From Squalus acanthias (taxonomy: Eukaryota): a stretch of 64,000 bases of DNA. How positions within the stretch are numbered: the stretch's first letter is position 1; the number at the start of each line of letters is the position of its first letter. The notes under the pieces were generated by a model. It ran no database searches and was not told the DNA's origin. It saw only the letters and a program-made list of their open reading frames with translations. Made by a program: the position numbers and the translations under genes. The stretch is from positions 146,446,001 to 146,510,000 of the forward strand of contig CM059431.1 in NCBI GenBank assembly GCA_030390025.1. Reading direction: 5' to 3'. Below, in pieces: positions 51,201-64,000 of the stretch.

Positions 51201-54200
51201 ACCACCAGTAATGTTGGAGAAGGGTCACGAACAGTAATGTTAGAGTAGAGTCATCCGCAATTAATGTTAGAGTAGAATCACCACCAGTAATGTTATAGTA
51301 GAGTCACCACCAGTAATGTTGGAGTAGGGTCTCCAGCAGTAATGCTAGAGTCGGGTCACCACCAGTAATGTTAGATTAGGGTCACCACCAGTAATGTTAG
51401 AGTAGGGTCACCACCAGTAATGTTAAAGTAGGGTCACCACCAGTCACGTTAGAGTAGGGTCACCACCAGTAATGTTGCAGTAGCTTCACCACAAGTAATG
51501 TTAGAGTATCTTCACCACCAGTAATGTTACAGTAGGGTCACCACCAGTAATGTTAGAACGGGTTCACCACCAGTAACGTTAGTGTAGTGTCACCACCAGT
51601 AATGTTGGAGCAAGGTCACCACAATAATGTTAGAGTGGGGTCACCACCAGTAAGGTGAGAGTAGGGTCACCACCAGTAATGTTAGAGTAGGGTCACCACC
51701 CGTAATGTTAGAGTAGGGTCGCCACCAGTAACGTTAGAGTAGGGTCACCACCAGTAATGATAGAGTAGGGACAGCAACAGTAATGTTAGAGTAGGGTCAC
51801 CACCAGTAATTTTAGAGCATATTCACCACCAGTTATGTTAGAGTAGAGACACGACCTGTAATGCTAGAGTAGGGTCACCACGAGTAAAGTTAGAGTAGGG
51901 ACACCACCAGTAATGTTAGAGTAGGGTCACCACCAGTAATGGGAGAGTACGTTCACCACAATATATGTTAGTTTAGATTCACCAGAAATGTTAGAAAAGA
52001 GTCACCACCAGTAATGTTAGAATTGGGTCACAACAAGTAATGTTGGAGTTGAGTCACCACCAGTAATGTTAGAGGAGGGTCACCACCAGTAATGTTAAAG
52101 TAGGGTCACCACCAGTAACGTTAGAGTAGGGTCACCACCAGTAATATTGCAGTAGCTTCACCACAAGTAATATTAGTGTAACTTCACCACCAGTAATGTT
52201 ACAGTAGGGTCACCACCAGTAATGATAGAGCGGGTTCACCACCAGTAACGTTAGTGTAGGGTCACCACCAGTAATGTTGGAGCAAGGACACCACAAGTAA
52301 TGTTAGAGTGGGTTCACCACCAGTAATGTTACAGTAGGTTCACCACCAGTAATGCTGGAGCAGGGTCACCACCAGTAAAGTTGGAGCAGGGTCACCACCA
52401 TTAATGTTGGAGCTGTGTCAACACCAGTAATATTAGAGTAGGTTCACCACCAGTAATGCTACAGTAGGGTCACCACCAGTAATGCTACATTAGAGCCACC
52501 ATCAGTAATGTTACATTAGGGTCACGACAATAACTGTTACAGTTGGGTCAACAGCATTAATGTTAGTATAGCGGACAGTAATGCTAGGTTAGAGTCACCA
52601 CCAAAAATGTTATATTTGGGTTACCACCAATAATGCTGGTGTAGTGCCACCACCAGTAATGTTAGAGTAGGGTCGCCACAAATAATGTTATATTTCGGTC
52701 ACCACCAGTAATGTTAGAGTAGGGTCACCACCAGTCATGTTAGAATAGGTTCACCACCAATCGTGATAGAATAGGGTCATGACCAGAAATGTTAGATAAG
52801 GTTAGCACAAGTAATGTTAGATATGGTCAGCACCAGTAATGTTAGATAGGGCTAGCACCAGTTATGTTGGAGCAGGTTCACCAGCAGTAATGTTAGAGTA
52901 GACTCACCACCAATAATGTTATATTTGGGTCATCACCAGTAATGTTACAGCAGGGTCACCAGCAGTCATGTTAGAATAGTGTCACCACCAGTAATGTTAC
53001 AGTAGGTTCACCACAAGTAATGTTACAGTAGGGTCACCACCAGTAATGCTACATTAAGGCCACCAACAGTCATGCTACTTTAAGGTCACCACCAGTAATG
53101 TTGCAGTCGGGTCACCAGCAGTAATGCTACTTTAAGGTCATCACCACTAATGCTACATTAAGGTCACCATCAGTAATGTTACTTTAAGGTCACCACCAGT
53201 AATGCTACATTAAGGTCACCACCAGTAATGCTACTTTAAGGTCACCACCAGTAATGCTACATTAAGGCCACCAACAGTCATGCTACTTTAAGGTCACCAC
53301 CAGTAATGTTGCAGTCGGGTCACCAGCAGTAATGCTACTTTAAGGTCATCACCACTAATGCTACATTAAGGTCACCATCAGTAATGTTACTTTAAGGCCA
53401 CCACCAGTCATGCTACTTTAAGGTCACCACCAGTAATGTTGCAGTCGGGTCACCAGCAGTAATGCTACTTTAAGGTCACCACCAGTAATGCTACATTAAG
53501 GTCACCATCAGTAATGTTACTTTAAGGTCACCACCAGTAATGCTACAGTCGGGTCACTACCAGTAATGTTACATTAGGGTCACGACAATTACTGTTACAG
53601 TTGGATCAACAGCATTAATGTTAGTGTAGCGGACAGTAATTCTAGGTTTGAGTCACCACCAGTAAATTCAGAGTAGACTCATCACCAATAATGTTATATT
53701 TGGGTCTCCACCAATAATGCTAGTGCAGAGTCACCACCAGTAATGTTAGAGTAGAGTCACCACCAGTAATGTTAGAGTAGGGTCACCACCAATAATGCTA
53801 GTGTAGAGATCACCACCAGTAATGTTAGAGTAGGGTCACCACCAGTAATGTTAGAGTAGGGTCTCCACCAGTAATGTTAGAGTAGGGTCACCACCAGTAA
53901 TGTTAGAGTAGGGTCACCACCAGTAATGTTAAAGTAGGGTCACCACCAGTAATGTTAGAGTAGGGACACCACCAGTAATGTTAGAGTAGGGACACCACCA
54001 GTAATGTTAGAGTAGGGACACCACCAGTAATGCTACAGTAGGGCCACCATCAGTAATGCTACCTTAGAGCCACCATCAGTAATGTTACATTAGGGTCACG
54101 ACAATTACTGTTACAGTTGGGTCAACAGCATTAATGTTAGTGTAGCGGCCAGTAATGCTAGGTTAGTGTCACCAGCAATAATGTTATATTTGGGTTACCA

Positions 54201-54997
54201 CCAATAATGCTGGTGTAGTGTCACCACCAGTAATGTTAGAGTAGGGTCACCACAAATAATGTTATATTTGGGTCACCACCAGTAATGTTAGAGTAGGGTC
54301 ACCACCAATCATGATAGAATAGGGTCACCACCAATCATGATAGAATAGCGTCACCACCAGAAATGTTATATAAGTTTAGCACAAGTAATGTTAGATATGG
54401 TCAGCACCAGTAATGTTAGACAGGGCCAGCACCAGTTATGTTGGAGCAGGTTCACCAGCAGTAATGTTAGAGTAGACTCGCCACCAATAATGTTATATTT
54501 GGGTCATCACCAGTAATGTTACAGCAGGGTCACCAGCAATCATGTTAGAATAGGGTCACCACCAGTAATGTTACAGTAGGGTCACCACCAGTAATGCTAC
54601 TTTAAGGTCACCACCAGTAATGCTACTTTAAGGTCACCACCAGTAATGCTACTTTAAGGTCACCACCAGTAATGCTACTTTAAGGTCACCACCAGTAATG
54701 TTACTGTCGGGTCACCAGCAGTAATGCTACATTAAGATCACCATCAGTAATGTTACTTTAAGGTCACCATCAGTAATGTTACTTTAAGGTCAGCACCAGT
54801 AATGCTACACTAGGGCCACCACCAGTAATGCTACATTAAGGTCACCACCAGTAATGCTACAGTCGGGTCACCACCTGTAATGCTACTTTAAGGTCACCAC
54901 CAGTAATGCTACATTTGAGCCACCATCAGTAATGCTACATTAGTGTCACGACAATTACTGTTACAGTTGGGTCAACAGCATTAATGTTAGTGTAGCG
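45295..54997. repeat. 26-bp satellite array of about 9.7 kb with higher-order structure
   Basis: Unit ccagtaatgttagagtagggtcacca; variant blocks recur at 46278, 48722 and 51182. Confidence 0.97.
49694..50589. mobile_element. PIF/Harbinger-like non-autonomous element (MITE), 896 bp
   Basis: Termini GGGGTAGAAAT / ATTTTTACCCC; flanked by TTA and TCA where the satellite has a single TTA. Confidence 0.8.
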
Positions 54998-55139
54998 TTC
55001 TTGCCTGTTTCAATCTATTGTTGCTTTAAGTCGAGAGTTTTCTATTATAAAAAAATCATTCACATGAACAAGTCTCTCTCAGTAAATTCACTGTTAAATG
55101 GACAGTGAGGGTAACTGGTGGGTGTGCTGCAGGCGGCGA

Positions 55140-55520
55140 GCATTCATTGAACTGTTTAAAATGGTAAAAGGATTCGATAGAGTAGATACAGAGAGAGATT
55201 TCATCTGCTGGGGGAATCCAGAACAGGGGGTGGGGGGAGGGCGGGGGGCGGGGGTCAATCCTAAAATTAGAGGTAGGCTGTTCAGGCGTGAAATCAGGAA
55301 GCACTTTTTCATACAAAGGTTCGAGGAAATATGGAATTTCCTCCCAAAGATTGTGGATTCTCTTTCAATTGAAATTCTCATGACTCAGATGGACAGATTT
55401 TTATCAGTTAAGGGCCTCAAGCGAAATGAATGAAAGGCAGGTAGATGGAGTTAAGATACGGATCAGCCACAATGTAATTAAATGGAGGGACGGGCTCGAG
55501 GGGCTGAATGACCTCCAGTT
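55140..55520 (+). mobile_element. CR1 3' fragment
   Basis: IELFKMVKGFDRVD and RKHFFIQR...WNFLP, then UTR. Confidence 0.8.
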
Positions 55521-56111
55521 CTCTGACATTTAATTATCGGCTGGATGATGAATTCCAGCATTTGGTGAATGTGAACTTTAACCGGTGTTTCGGGGCAATT
55601 ACTTCAGCACCTGGGAGGTTGGAACTTCCCCTTTAAGCGGATGTGATTGGCTGTTTTTATTTAAGGCTCAGCTCCACCTGTTGTGGACTTCACAGAATTG
55701 CAGTGGAGTGAAGATCAGATAATCGGTGTGGGAGAATCGAGGACAAACTTTGTGAAATATAGTTCAGTAAAATCATTTCCATTGTCCCGCCCTGTATCCA
55801 GTCAGAGTTAAACAGTGAGGCCCTGAAACTTACCCATGGATTTATTTCGGGGTCGGTCAAGATTCCTGTACAAGTGTTTCTCTATCTATAGATTTTAATT
55901 ACGAAGGTTCTAAAACTGCTGATTTTATGACCTGTTCTGATGTGTCCAGGATTCTGGATTGCAATCCAGAGCCACCTAATAATAATCTTGTTATGTCGAT
56001 AATCAGAGTGACATGTGAAAACAACGCTCTCTCTGGCGCCGTTTCAGACTCTCCGCATCTGCGGGGCGAGTCCCAGCAGTTCTCCCGCACCCACCTGGCG
56101 AGACAAGAGAA

Positions 56112-57095
56112 CAATTTTTTTTTATTCCTTCGTGGGATGTCGGCGTCCCTAGCAAGGCTGATTGCTAATTGCCCATAAGTGGCTTGAAAGGCCATATCAG
56201 AGGGATGTTAAGAGTCAACCACATTGATGTGGATCTCTTTTTTATTCGATTATGGGATGTGGGCGTCCCTGGCAAGACCAGAATTTATTGCCCATCCCCA
56301 ATTGTCCTTGAGAAGGTGGTGGTGAGCCGCCTTCTGGAACCGCTGCAGTCTGTGTGGTGAAGGTACTCCCACACTGCTGTTAGGGAGGGTGTTCCAGGAT
56401 TTTGACCCAGCGACGATGAAGGTTCGGCGCTATACTTCTAAGTCAGGATGGTGGGTGACTAGGAGGGGAACTTGGAGGTGATGGAGTTCCCATGCGCCTG
56501 CTGACCTTGTTTTCCAGGTGGAAGAGGTCGCGGGTTTGGGAGGTGCTGCCGAAGAAGCCTTGGCGAGTTGATGCAGTGTATCTTGTAGATGGTACACACG
56601 GCTGCCACGGTACAGCGGTGGTGGAGGGAGTGAATGTTTAAGGTGGTGGATGGGGTGCCAAACAAGCGGGCTGCTATGTCCTGGATGGTGTCGAGATTCT
56701 TCAGTGTTGATGGAGCTGCACTCATCCAGGCAAGTGGAGAGTATTCCATCACACTCCTGGCTTGTGCCTTGTTGGTAGTGGAAAGTCTTTGGGGAGTCAG
56801 GAGGTGAGACACTCGCCGCAGAATACCCAGCCTCTGACTTGCTCTTGTTGCCACAGTATTTATGTGGCTGGTCCTGTTAAGTTTCTGGTCAATGGTGACC
56901 CCCCCAGGATGTTGATGGTGGGGGATTTGGCGATGGTAATACCATTGAATGTCAAGGGTAGGTGGTTAGTCTCTCGCTTGTTGGAGATAGTCATTGCCTA
57001 ACACTTTTGTGGCGTGAATGTTACCTGCCAATTATCAGCCGAAGTCTGAACGTAGTCCAGGTCTTGTTGCATATGGACTGCTTCATTATGTGAGG
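56112..57095 (-). mobile_element. Second LINE family, 3' fragment with an additional terminal piece
   Basis: ORF 56459..56854 is homologous to 12886..13341; A-rich ends at about 56115 and 56240. Confidence 0.85.
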
Positions 57096-57409
57096 AAACT
57101 TTCAATGATCCAGGGCTTCACTGTTTAATTCGGATTGGACACAGTTGGGAACTGTCCATGGTTTCTGTTCTAAACGATATTTTTACAATATTGACCTCGA
57201 TTTTCTGGCACCGATTATCTGACCTTTACTCCAATGGAGTTCTTTGAAGTTCACAACAGATGGACCTCAGCCTGAAAAAAACTGCCAATCACATCCGTCT
57301 AAAAGGGACTTTCAAACCCAAGGGTGCTGAAGTCATTGTTCGGAAACTCCGATAAAGCTTCACATATAACAAATGCTGGAATTTATCACCCAGCTGATCA
57401 TTCAATGGA

Positions 57410-57780
57410 GGGACAGGAGTTGAGGCCATTCAGGCCGTCGAGTCTGTTCCGCCATTTCAATCAGAGCATGGCTGATCTGTACCACACCTGTACATACCCG
57501 CCTTTGATCAGTATCTCTTGATACCCTTACCTATTTAAAATGTCGCTATCACTCTTGAAAGCTTCCTTTCATCCAGAATCCACATCCTTTCTGAGGAGAG
57601 AATTCCACAGTTCCACCTCGCTTTGTGTGACAGGTGCATCCAGATTTCACTTTTTAACGGCCTATTTCTGATACTGAAATTCTTCCCCCTTGTTCTCGAT
57701 TCTGCCACCAGAGGAAATAGATTCCCTGTAACTGCTACATCGAATCATTTTATAATTCTAAACATATCAATTAATTTCCT
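57410..57780 (-). mobile_element. CR1 3' fragment
   Basis: UTR aggccattcagg...gttccgccatt and ORF2 end. Confidence 0.7.
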
Positions 57781-58604
57781 ACGGCTGCTTCGAACCTGCA
57801 ATTTACACGAACTGTCAATTTAATAGTTAATTTAATGAGATGGGATTGTTCATTTTAATATTATTTTATTGGAATGGAAAACACTCCACTTAAAAAAAGA
57901 AAGTTTGAAACAAGCAAGAAAGAGAAGGTCTGTGGCGGGAGAGTTCACTTGAACATGAATATTGGGGGATGTTTGGGACCTGCAACAGGCTGTGTTTCGG
58001 GCCCGATTGAATCTTTAATCGTGATCCAAAAAAGCAGAGGAGAAATGAGAGAATAAAAGGGAAAGATCGCAATCTGCCCCTCGGATTATTACCACAATCT
58101 GTCCTCAAATGCTTTTTCTCGGACATTTCCATCCCGGGAAGTGGATATTTATTCCTGTCTGATAACCACCCTGAAAATGAGGAAAAGTTAACCTCCATAA
58201 AAATTACAGCATATGGATGATCTTTAAAGTATCTAACAATGTAACGAGTGTGTCTGCTGCAGATTCACAATGATACATGTAACTGTGGAAAGTCAGTACT
58301 CATTCCCCCAGTAGCCGAGGCGATTGATGCTCAGGGATAGTTTAATTCGGCGGTTAAATGGTTGATGTCCTCACGGACAGAAACAGCCTCCTCTCAGCTC
58401 ACTGACAAGACACTGACTCTTGGACCCTGGCCTAAAAAGGGCAAACATCAGTCAATCGATTAGCCGTTTCGCGGTGTCCCAGGTGAAAATATAACAATTT
58501 CTTTCTAAACATGTGCCTGTTTTACTGAACCCCCCTTGAACAAGAAGGGACCTAGAAAAATATATCACTAACTTTGTTCACAGTTGAAGTGGCAGCGAAT
58601 TGTC

Positions 58605-61270
58605 AACCTTGTTCCATTTGATTTGGTTATACTGGCCGCTCCCAGTTCTGAAGCAAATGAGGAATGTTCGAGTTGAAATCCATCCTGCGGGCTGGCAGCA
58701 GCTTTCAAACAGCGGGAAGAGCTCTGAGTCTCACAGAACAAGGATCAGATCAAATTCACAATATTTGACTTGCTAAAATCAAACAAGGAAATTCTACCTG
58801 TTTCGTTGTAGTGAAATAATAAGGATATAACTTGCAAAATCTACACGGAAATAGAGAGACAGAAAAAGCTTGCGGGATCAAGGTAAGCTTAAAGTAGCTG
58901 CTAAGCTTCATTTCTGTGTTTTATTTAATTTCTTCCTTAATTCTTCCTCTGTAAAACCTATTTCCCGCGGTCTGATATATTCCCCAGCGGCGGGGATGCG
59001 GTCCTTTTGCGAGTGAAGGTTCAGACAGTGACTGAGGGCAGTCCATTTTACACCGGGGATTTCAGGGCTAAACCCATCCTTGAACTCCAACAGTCTCCCC
59101 ACAGCCACATTTTAAAGCAGTTGCGGGACAGAAAGCAGGAACTCGAACTCTGGGGCTTTACCTGAGCCTGGTCCAGAGGTGTCTCCTCCCTGTTTTAGAA
59201 TTCACACTTCAGACAGCCAGAGTTGGGAAAATGTGTCCTTCTAACTCCATGTGAATTTTTAATTTGTTTGCTGCATTTTCTAAACCGTTTGGTGCCCAGT
59301 ATAGTTTTATTTAACTGAAAAAGGCGGAACCAGCAGGTCAGACCGAACACACAGTTTAGCTCAGTAAAAGGTTAACACGTTCGCACTGGCCGATTATTGC
59401 TCTGTGCCGAGCACTTGGAAAATCAGCCTCTGGTTGCCTGAGGCCGGACTGAATGCTTACCAGTAACAGCATCGCAGGAAAATCGGAGATAAAACGTGTC
59501 CCCGATTAATTATAATAATGAAATGCCGTATAACCGAGAAATGTCAGCTTAACTCAATCAGGAACGAATGTGAATTATGGGGAGAGTGGAGCAGGAACTT
59601 CTGTATTTGCTGGAAAAAAAGTTTATGTGAATCAGGCGATTTTTATCAAACTGTCTGAACAGAAAATCAGAGACCCGCTCCCTTTAGAGAGAAACTGACT
59701 TCAGGAATATTTTAGACTGAAGCCGGTTTCAGGGCTGAAAGCAACTTTCTCACAGGCAGGAGGAACCCAATCACTGATCTTTATATAGAAAGCAACTATT
59801 CAGATTAACAACAGGTAGGAGGATCCCATCACTAATATTTATATGCAAATTAACTGCTCAAATCACCAACAGGTAGGAAGGCCCCGGGACTTTTAGCAAA
59901 TGCACCTGTTTTACTGCACTTCCCCGGAAGAAGAGATGAAGGAAAATTTATAATTAACTTTAACGGTTAAAGTGACAGCGAATTCTGGTAAACGGTTGCA
60001 CTTGATTTGACCAGAAAGGCAGCTCCCTGTTCTGACGCCAATGAGGAATGTTTGAGTTGAAATCCACCCTGAGGTCAGGGAGCAGCTTTCACACAGAGGG
60101 CGGAGCTCTGAGTCTCACAGAACAAGGATCAGATCAAATTTAAATATTCGTGACTTGCTAAAATAAAACAAGCAACTTCTACCTGATTGGTTGTAGTGAA
60201 ATAACAAGGATATAACTGGAAAACCTACACGGAAATAAAAAGACAGAAAATCCTTGCGGGATCAGGTAAGATTAATGTAGCTTCTGAGCTTCATTTCTGT
60301 GTTTTATTCTTTAAATTCTCCCTTTATTCTTCCTCTCTAAAACCTATTTCCCGCGGTCTGATATATTCCCCAGCGGTGGGGATGCGGCTATTCTGTGATT
60401 GTTGGCTCAGACTGTGACTGAGGACAGTCCATTTAACACCGGGGATTTCGGGGCTAAACCCACTCATGGTCTCCACCAGTCTCCCCACAGACACATTTTA
60501 AAGCGGTTGCGGAAATGAAAGCAGGAACATGAACTCTGGTAATTTCCCCTTCCTGGTCCAGCGGTGCCTCCTTCCCGTGTTAGAATTCACAGTTCAGACA
60601 GACAGAGTAAGGAATCTGTATCCTTCTAACTCGGTGTGATTTGTTTTATTATATCACTCACTGAACTGTTTGGTGCCCAGTACATTTTAATTTAACTGAT
60701 CAAAGGTGGAACCACCAGTTGAGACCGAACACAAAGTGGAGTTCATTAAAGGGTTAACACATTCGCACTGGGCGATTATCACTCTCTGCCGAGCAGCTGA
60801 TAAATCAGCCTCTGGTGACCTGAGGTCGGACAAATGGCGATCCAGTCACAGGATAGGACAAACTTCGGAGATAAGCTTGGCCCCACTGAATAATAATAAT
60901 GAATTGCTATATAACCGAGAAATGTCAGTTTCAGCCAGTTAGAAAAGCTGGTGAATTAGGTGGGAGAATGGAGCAGGGACTTTTGTTTTTGATGGGAAAA
61001 GGTTCATGTTAATGAGGCGGATATTGTCAATCCGGCTGAATTCACAATCGGAGAAGCTGCTCCATTTAGAGAGAAACACACTTCAGGAATGTTTTAGACG
61101 GAAAGCGTTGTCAGGCCTGAAAGTACCTTTCTCACAGATCGGAGGAAACGAATTGCTATTCTTTATATAATAACCAACTACTGAAATCACCAACAGCTGG
61201 GAGGGACTCGGAGCCTTTTGCAAATCTCTCTATTTTACTGAACTTCTCTGGAACCAGAGATGAAGGAAAG
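58605..61270. repeat. Tandem duplication of a 1.3-1.4 kb unexplained module
   Basis: gagctctgagtctcacagaacaaggatcagatcaaatt at about 58720 and 60104; aacctatttcccgcggtctgatatattccccagcgg at about 58955 and 60340; both copies end agagatgaaggaaa. Confidence 0.9.
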
Positions 61271-61294
61271 GCCGCAGTCATCACAGTGATGTGT

Positions 61295-64000
61295 CAGTGT
61301 GGTGTCTGTGTAGGGCTGGGTCAGTGAGCTGAAGGTGTAGGGCGGGGTCAGTGAGCTGATGGTGTAGGGCTGGGTCAGTGAGCTGATGGTGTAGGGCTGG
61401 GTCAGCGAGGTGATTGTGTAGGTTTGGGTCAGTGGTGTGTCTGTCTAGGGCTGGGTCAGTGGAGTGTCGGTGTGGGGCTGGGTCAGTGGGGTGTCTGTGT
61501 AGGGCTGGGTCAGTGGGGTTTCGGTGTGGGGCTGGGTCAGTGGAGTGTCGGTATGGGTCTGGGTCAGTGGGGTGTCGGTGTGGGGCTGGGTCAGTGGGGT
61601 TTCGGTGTAGGGCTGGGTCAGTGGAGTGTCGGTATGGGTCTGGGTCAGTGGGGTGTCGGTGTGGGGCTGGGTCAGTGGGGTTTCGGTGTGGGGCTGGGTC
61701 AGTGGGGTGTCGGTGTGAGGCTGGGTCAGTGTGGAATCAGTGTAGGGCTGGGTCAGTGGGGTGTTGGTAAGGGCTGGTTCAGTCTGATGTCGGTGTTAAG
61801 CTGTGCCAGTAGGATCTCGGTATAGGGCTGGGTCAGTGGATTCTGGGGTTGGGTCAGTGGATTCTGGGGCTGGGTCAGTGGAGTATTGTTGTAGGGCGAG
61901 TTCAGTGGATTGTGGGGGTTCGTCAGTGGGTGGTCGGAGTAGGGCGGGGCCAGTGTGCTTTCCGTGTCGGTCTGGGTCAGTGGATTGTGGGTTTGGGTCA
62001 GCGGATTGTGGGGCTGGGTCAGTGAGGTATTGTTGTAGGGCGGGGTCAGTGAGTTATCGGACTAAGGCGGGGTCAGTGGGTTGTCGGTGTAGGGCTGGGT
62101 CAGTGGATTGCAGGGTTCCTCAGTGGGTCGTCGGAGTAGAGCTGGGCCAGTGTGGTTTTGGTATGGGGCTGGGTCATTTTGGTGTCGGTTTTGGGTGGTG
62201 TCAGTAGGGTGTCGGTGTACGGCTGGATCAGTGTTGTGTCGTTGTAGGGCGGGGATTGTGCTTGTCGGTGTAGGGCGGGGTCATTTTGGAGTCCCTGTAG
62301 AGCTGTGTCGATGGGGTGTCGGTCAGTGCTTGGTCAGTGAGGTATCAGTGTAGTGCGAGGACAGTAGGTTGTCAGTTTAGGACTGGGTTAGTGGGGTGAT
62401 AGTGTTGGGCTGGGTCATTGGTGTGTCGGTCAGGTCTGGTTCAGTGGGGTGTCGGTGTATGGCTGATCAGTGGGGTGTCGGTGTCGAGGCTGGGTCAGTG
62501 CGGTGTCGGTAAGGGTTGGGTCAGTGGGGTGTCGGTAAGTGCTGGGTCAGTGGGGTGTCTGTAAGGGCTGGGTCAGTGAGGTGTCGGTTAGGGCTGGGTC
62601 AGTGGAGTGTCGGTCAGCGTTGGGTCAGTGGGGTGTCGGTCAGGGTGGGTCAGTGAGATTTCGGTGTATGACTGGGTCAGTGGGGTGTCAGTCAGGGTGG
62701 GTCAGTGGGATTTCGGTGTATGACTGGGTCAGTGGGGTGTCAGTCAGGGTGGGTTTGTGAGATTTCGGTGTATGACTGGGTCAGTGCGGTGTCGGTCAGG
62801 GTGGGTCAGTGGGATTTCAGTGTAGGGCTGGGTCAGTGGGGTGTCGGTGTGGGGCTAGGTCATTGGGATTTTGGAGAATGGCTGGGTCAGTGGGTTGTCG
62901 GTCAGGATTGGATCAGTGGGATTTCGGTGTAGGGCTGCTCAGTGGGATGTCAGTTTAGGACTTGCTGATTGCGGTTTCTGTGTAGTGTCTGTATAGGAAT
63001 GGTTCATTGCGGTTTCAAGGTATTCTGGGTCACGAATCGATATGTTTGGAATCGGCCAGTGGAGTGTCTTTGCAGGTCTGTGTCAGTGGGTGTCGGTGTA
63101 CGGCTGCTTCAGTGGGATATCGTTATCGGGTGTGAGTCAATGGAGTTTCGGTGCTGAACAGGGTATGAGCTACGCCGGTATAGGTATGGGTCAGTTGGGT
63201 GTCGGTGTCGGGTCTCAGCAGTTAGGTCTTGGTATATTACTGGGCTAGTGTAGGTACAGTGCAGGGTTCGGTGAGTGGGTTTCGCTATATTGCTGGTATA
63301 GTGGTGTGTCAGTGTAGGTTTGGTTCAGTGGAGTATCTATATAAATCTGGTTCACTGAGTTTTCGGTGTGGGGCGTGTCATTTGGGTGACCGATGTCGGG
63401 TTGGATCAATGGAGTTTCGTGTAGGTCTGGGTTAGTGAGATGTCTGTTTAAGGCTGGCTCAGTGTGGTGTCGGTGTATTAAGGGGTCACAGCTCTCTCGG
63501 TGCAGGGTTTGGTCAGTTGGATATCGTGCAAGAGCTTATCAGTGGAGTGCCGATTTATGACGGTGTCACTGGAGTTCCAGTGTTGGGCTGGGTCAGTGGT
63601 GTCTGTCTGGGGCTGGAACAGCGGGGTGTCAGTTTGAGTTTAGGGCTGGTTCAGTGGGGAGTCGGTGTCTGCCTGGGTTAGTGGTGTGTGGGTGTGGGGC
63701 TCGATCAGTGGGGAGTCGGTGTCTGGCTGGTCCAGTGGGGTCTCAGTTTGGGGCTGGGTCAGTGGGGTGACAGTTTGGGGCTGGGTCAGTGGGGAGTCGA
63801 TGTCTGGGTGGGTCAGTGGTGAGTCGATGTGGGGCTGGGTCAATGGAGTGTTGGTGTGGGGCTGGGTCAGTGGTGAGTCGGTGTCTGGCTGGTTCAGTGG
63901 GGTCTCAGTTTGGGGCTGGGTCAGTGGGGTGACAGTTTGGGGCTGGGTCAGTGGTGTTGGCGGCTGGGTCAGTGAGGTGTGAGGCCGTGTCAGTGTGGTG
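61295..64000. repeat. G-rich 27-bp satellite of variable divergence, running off the window end
   Basis: Unit ggggctgggtcagtggggtgtcggtgt. Confidence 0.9.

Noticed and set aside
45295..54997. CRISPR-like array
   Set aside because: Head-to-tail monomers with no unique spacers, no cas genes, vertebrate context
7568..61290. CACAGTG heptamers (about 7568, 16824, 24488, 35394, 61282) as V(D)J recombination signals
   Set aside because: No ACAAAAACC-like nonamer at 12 or 23 bp and no Ig/TCR segments recognised
61414..63982. Gly/Val/Trp/Cys-rich repeat ORFs
   Set aside because: Translations of the 27-bp satellite

Overview
Eukaryotic, repeat-dominated vertebrate DNA, most likely from a cartilaginous fish (inferred from a DeuSINE/SacSINE1-like SINE, abundant CR1 LINEs and a GPR139-like receptor). 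Nearly all long ORFs in the supplied track are decayed retroelement pieces (CR1, L2, Penelope, Tx1, one retrovirus-like pol) or by-products of tandem repeats (49, 67, 30, 46/39, 26 and 27 bp units). Host-type features are: one two-exon GPR139/GPR142-like class A GPCR (3001-4425) interrupted by an in-frame TAG just after NPxxY, a dispersed and mostly decayed tRNA cluster (Lys x2, Thr, Asn, Glu, Trp remnant), a decayed 18S rRNA fragment and several local duplications. The most striking observation is a structurally intact tRNA-Trp gene whose anticodon reads CTA (candidate amber suppressor, also G37>A) at 20906-20978 (-), 16.6 kb from the amber-interrupted GPCR; any functional link is only a hypothesis. 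All calls come from reading by eye; transposon boundaries are approximate.
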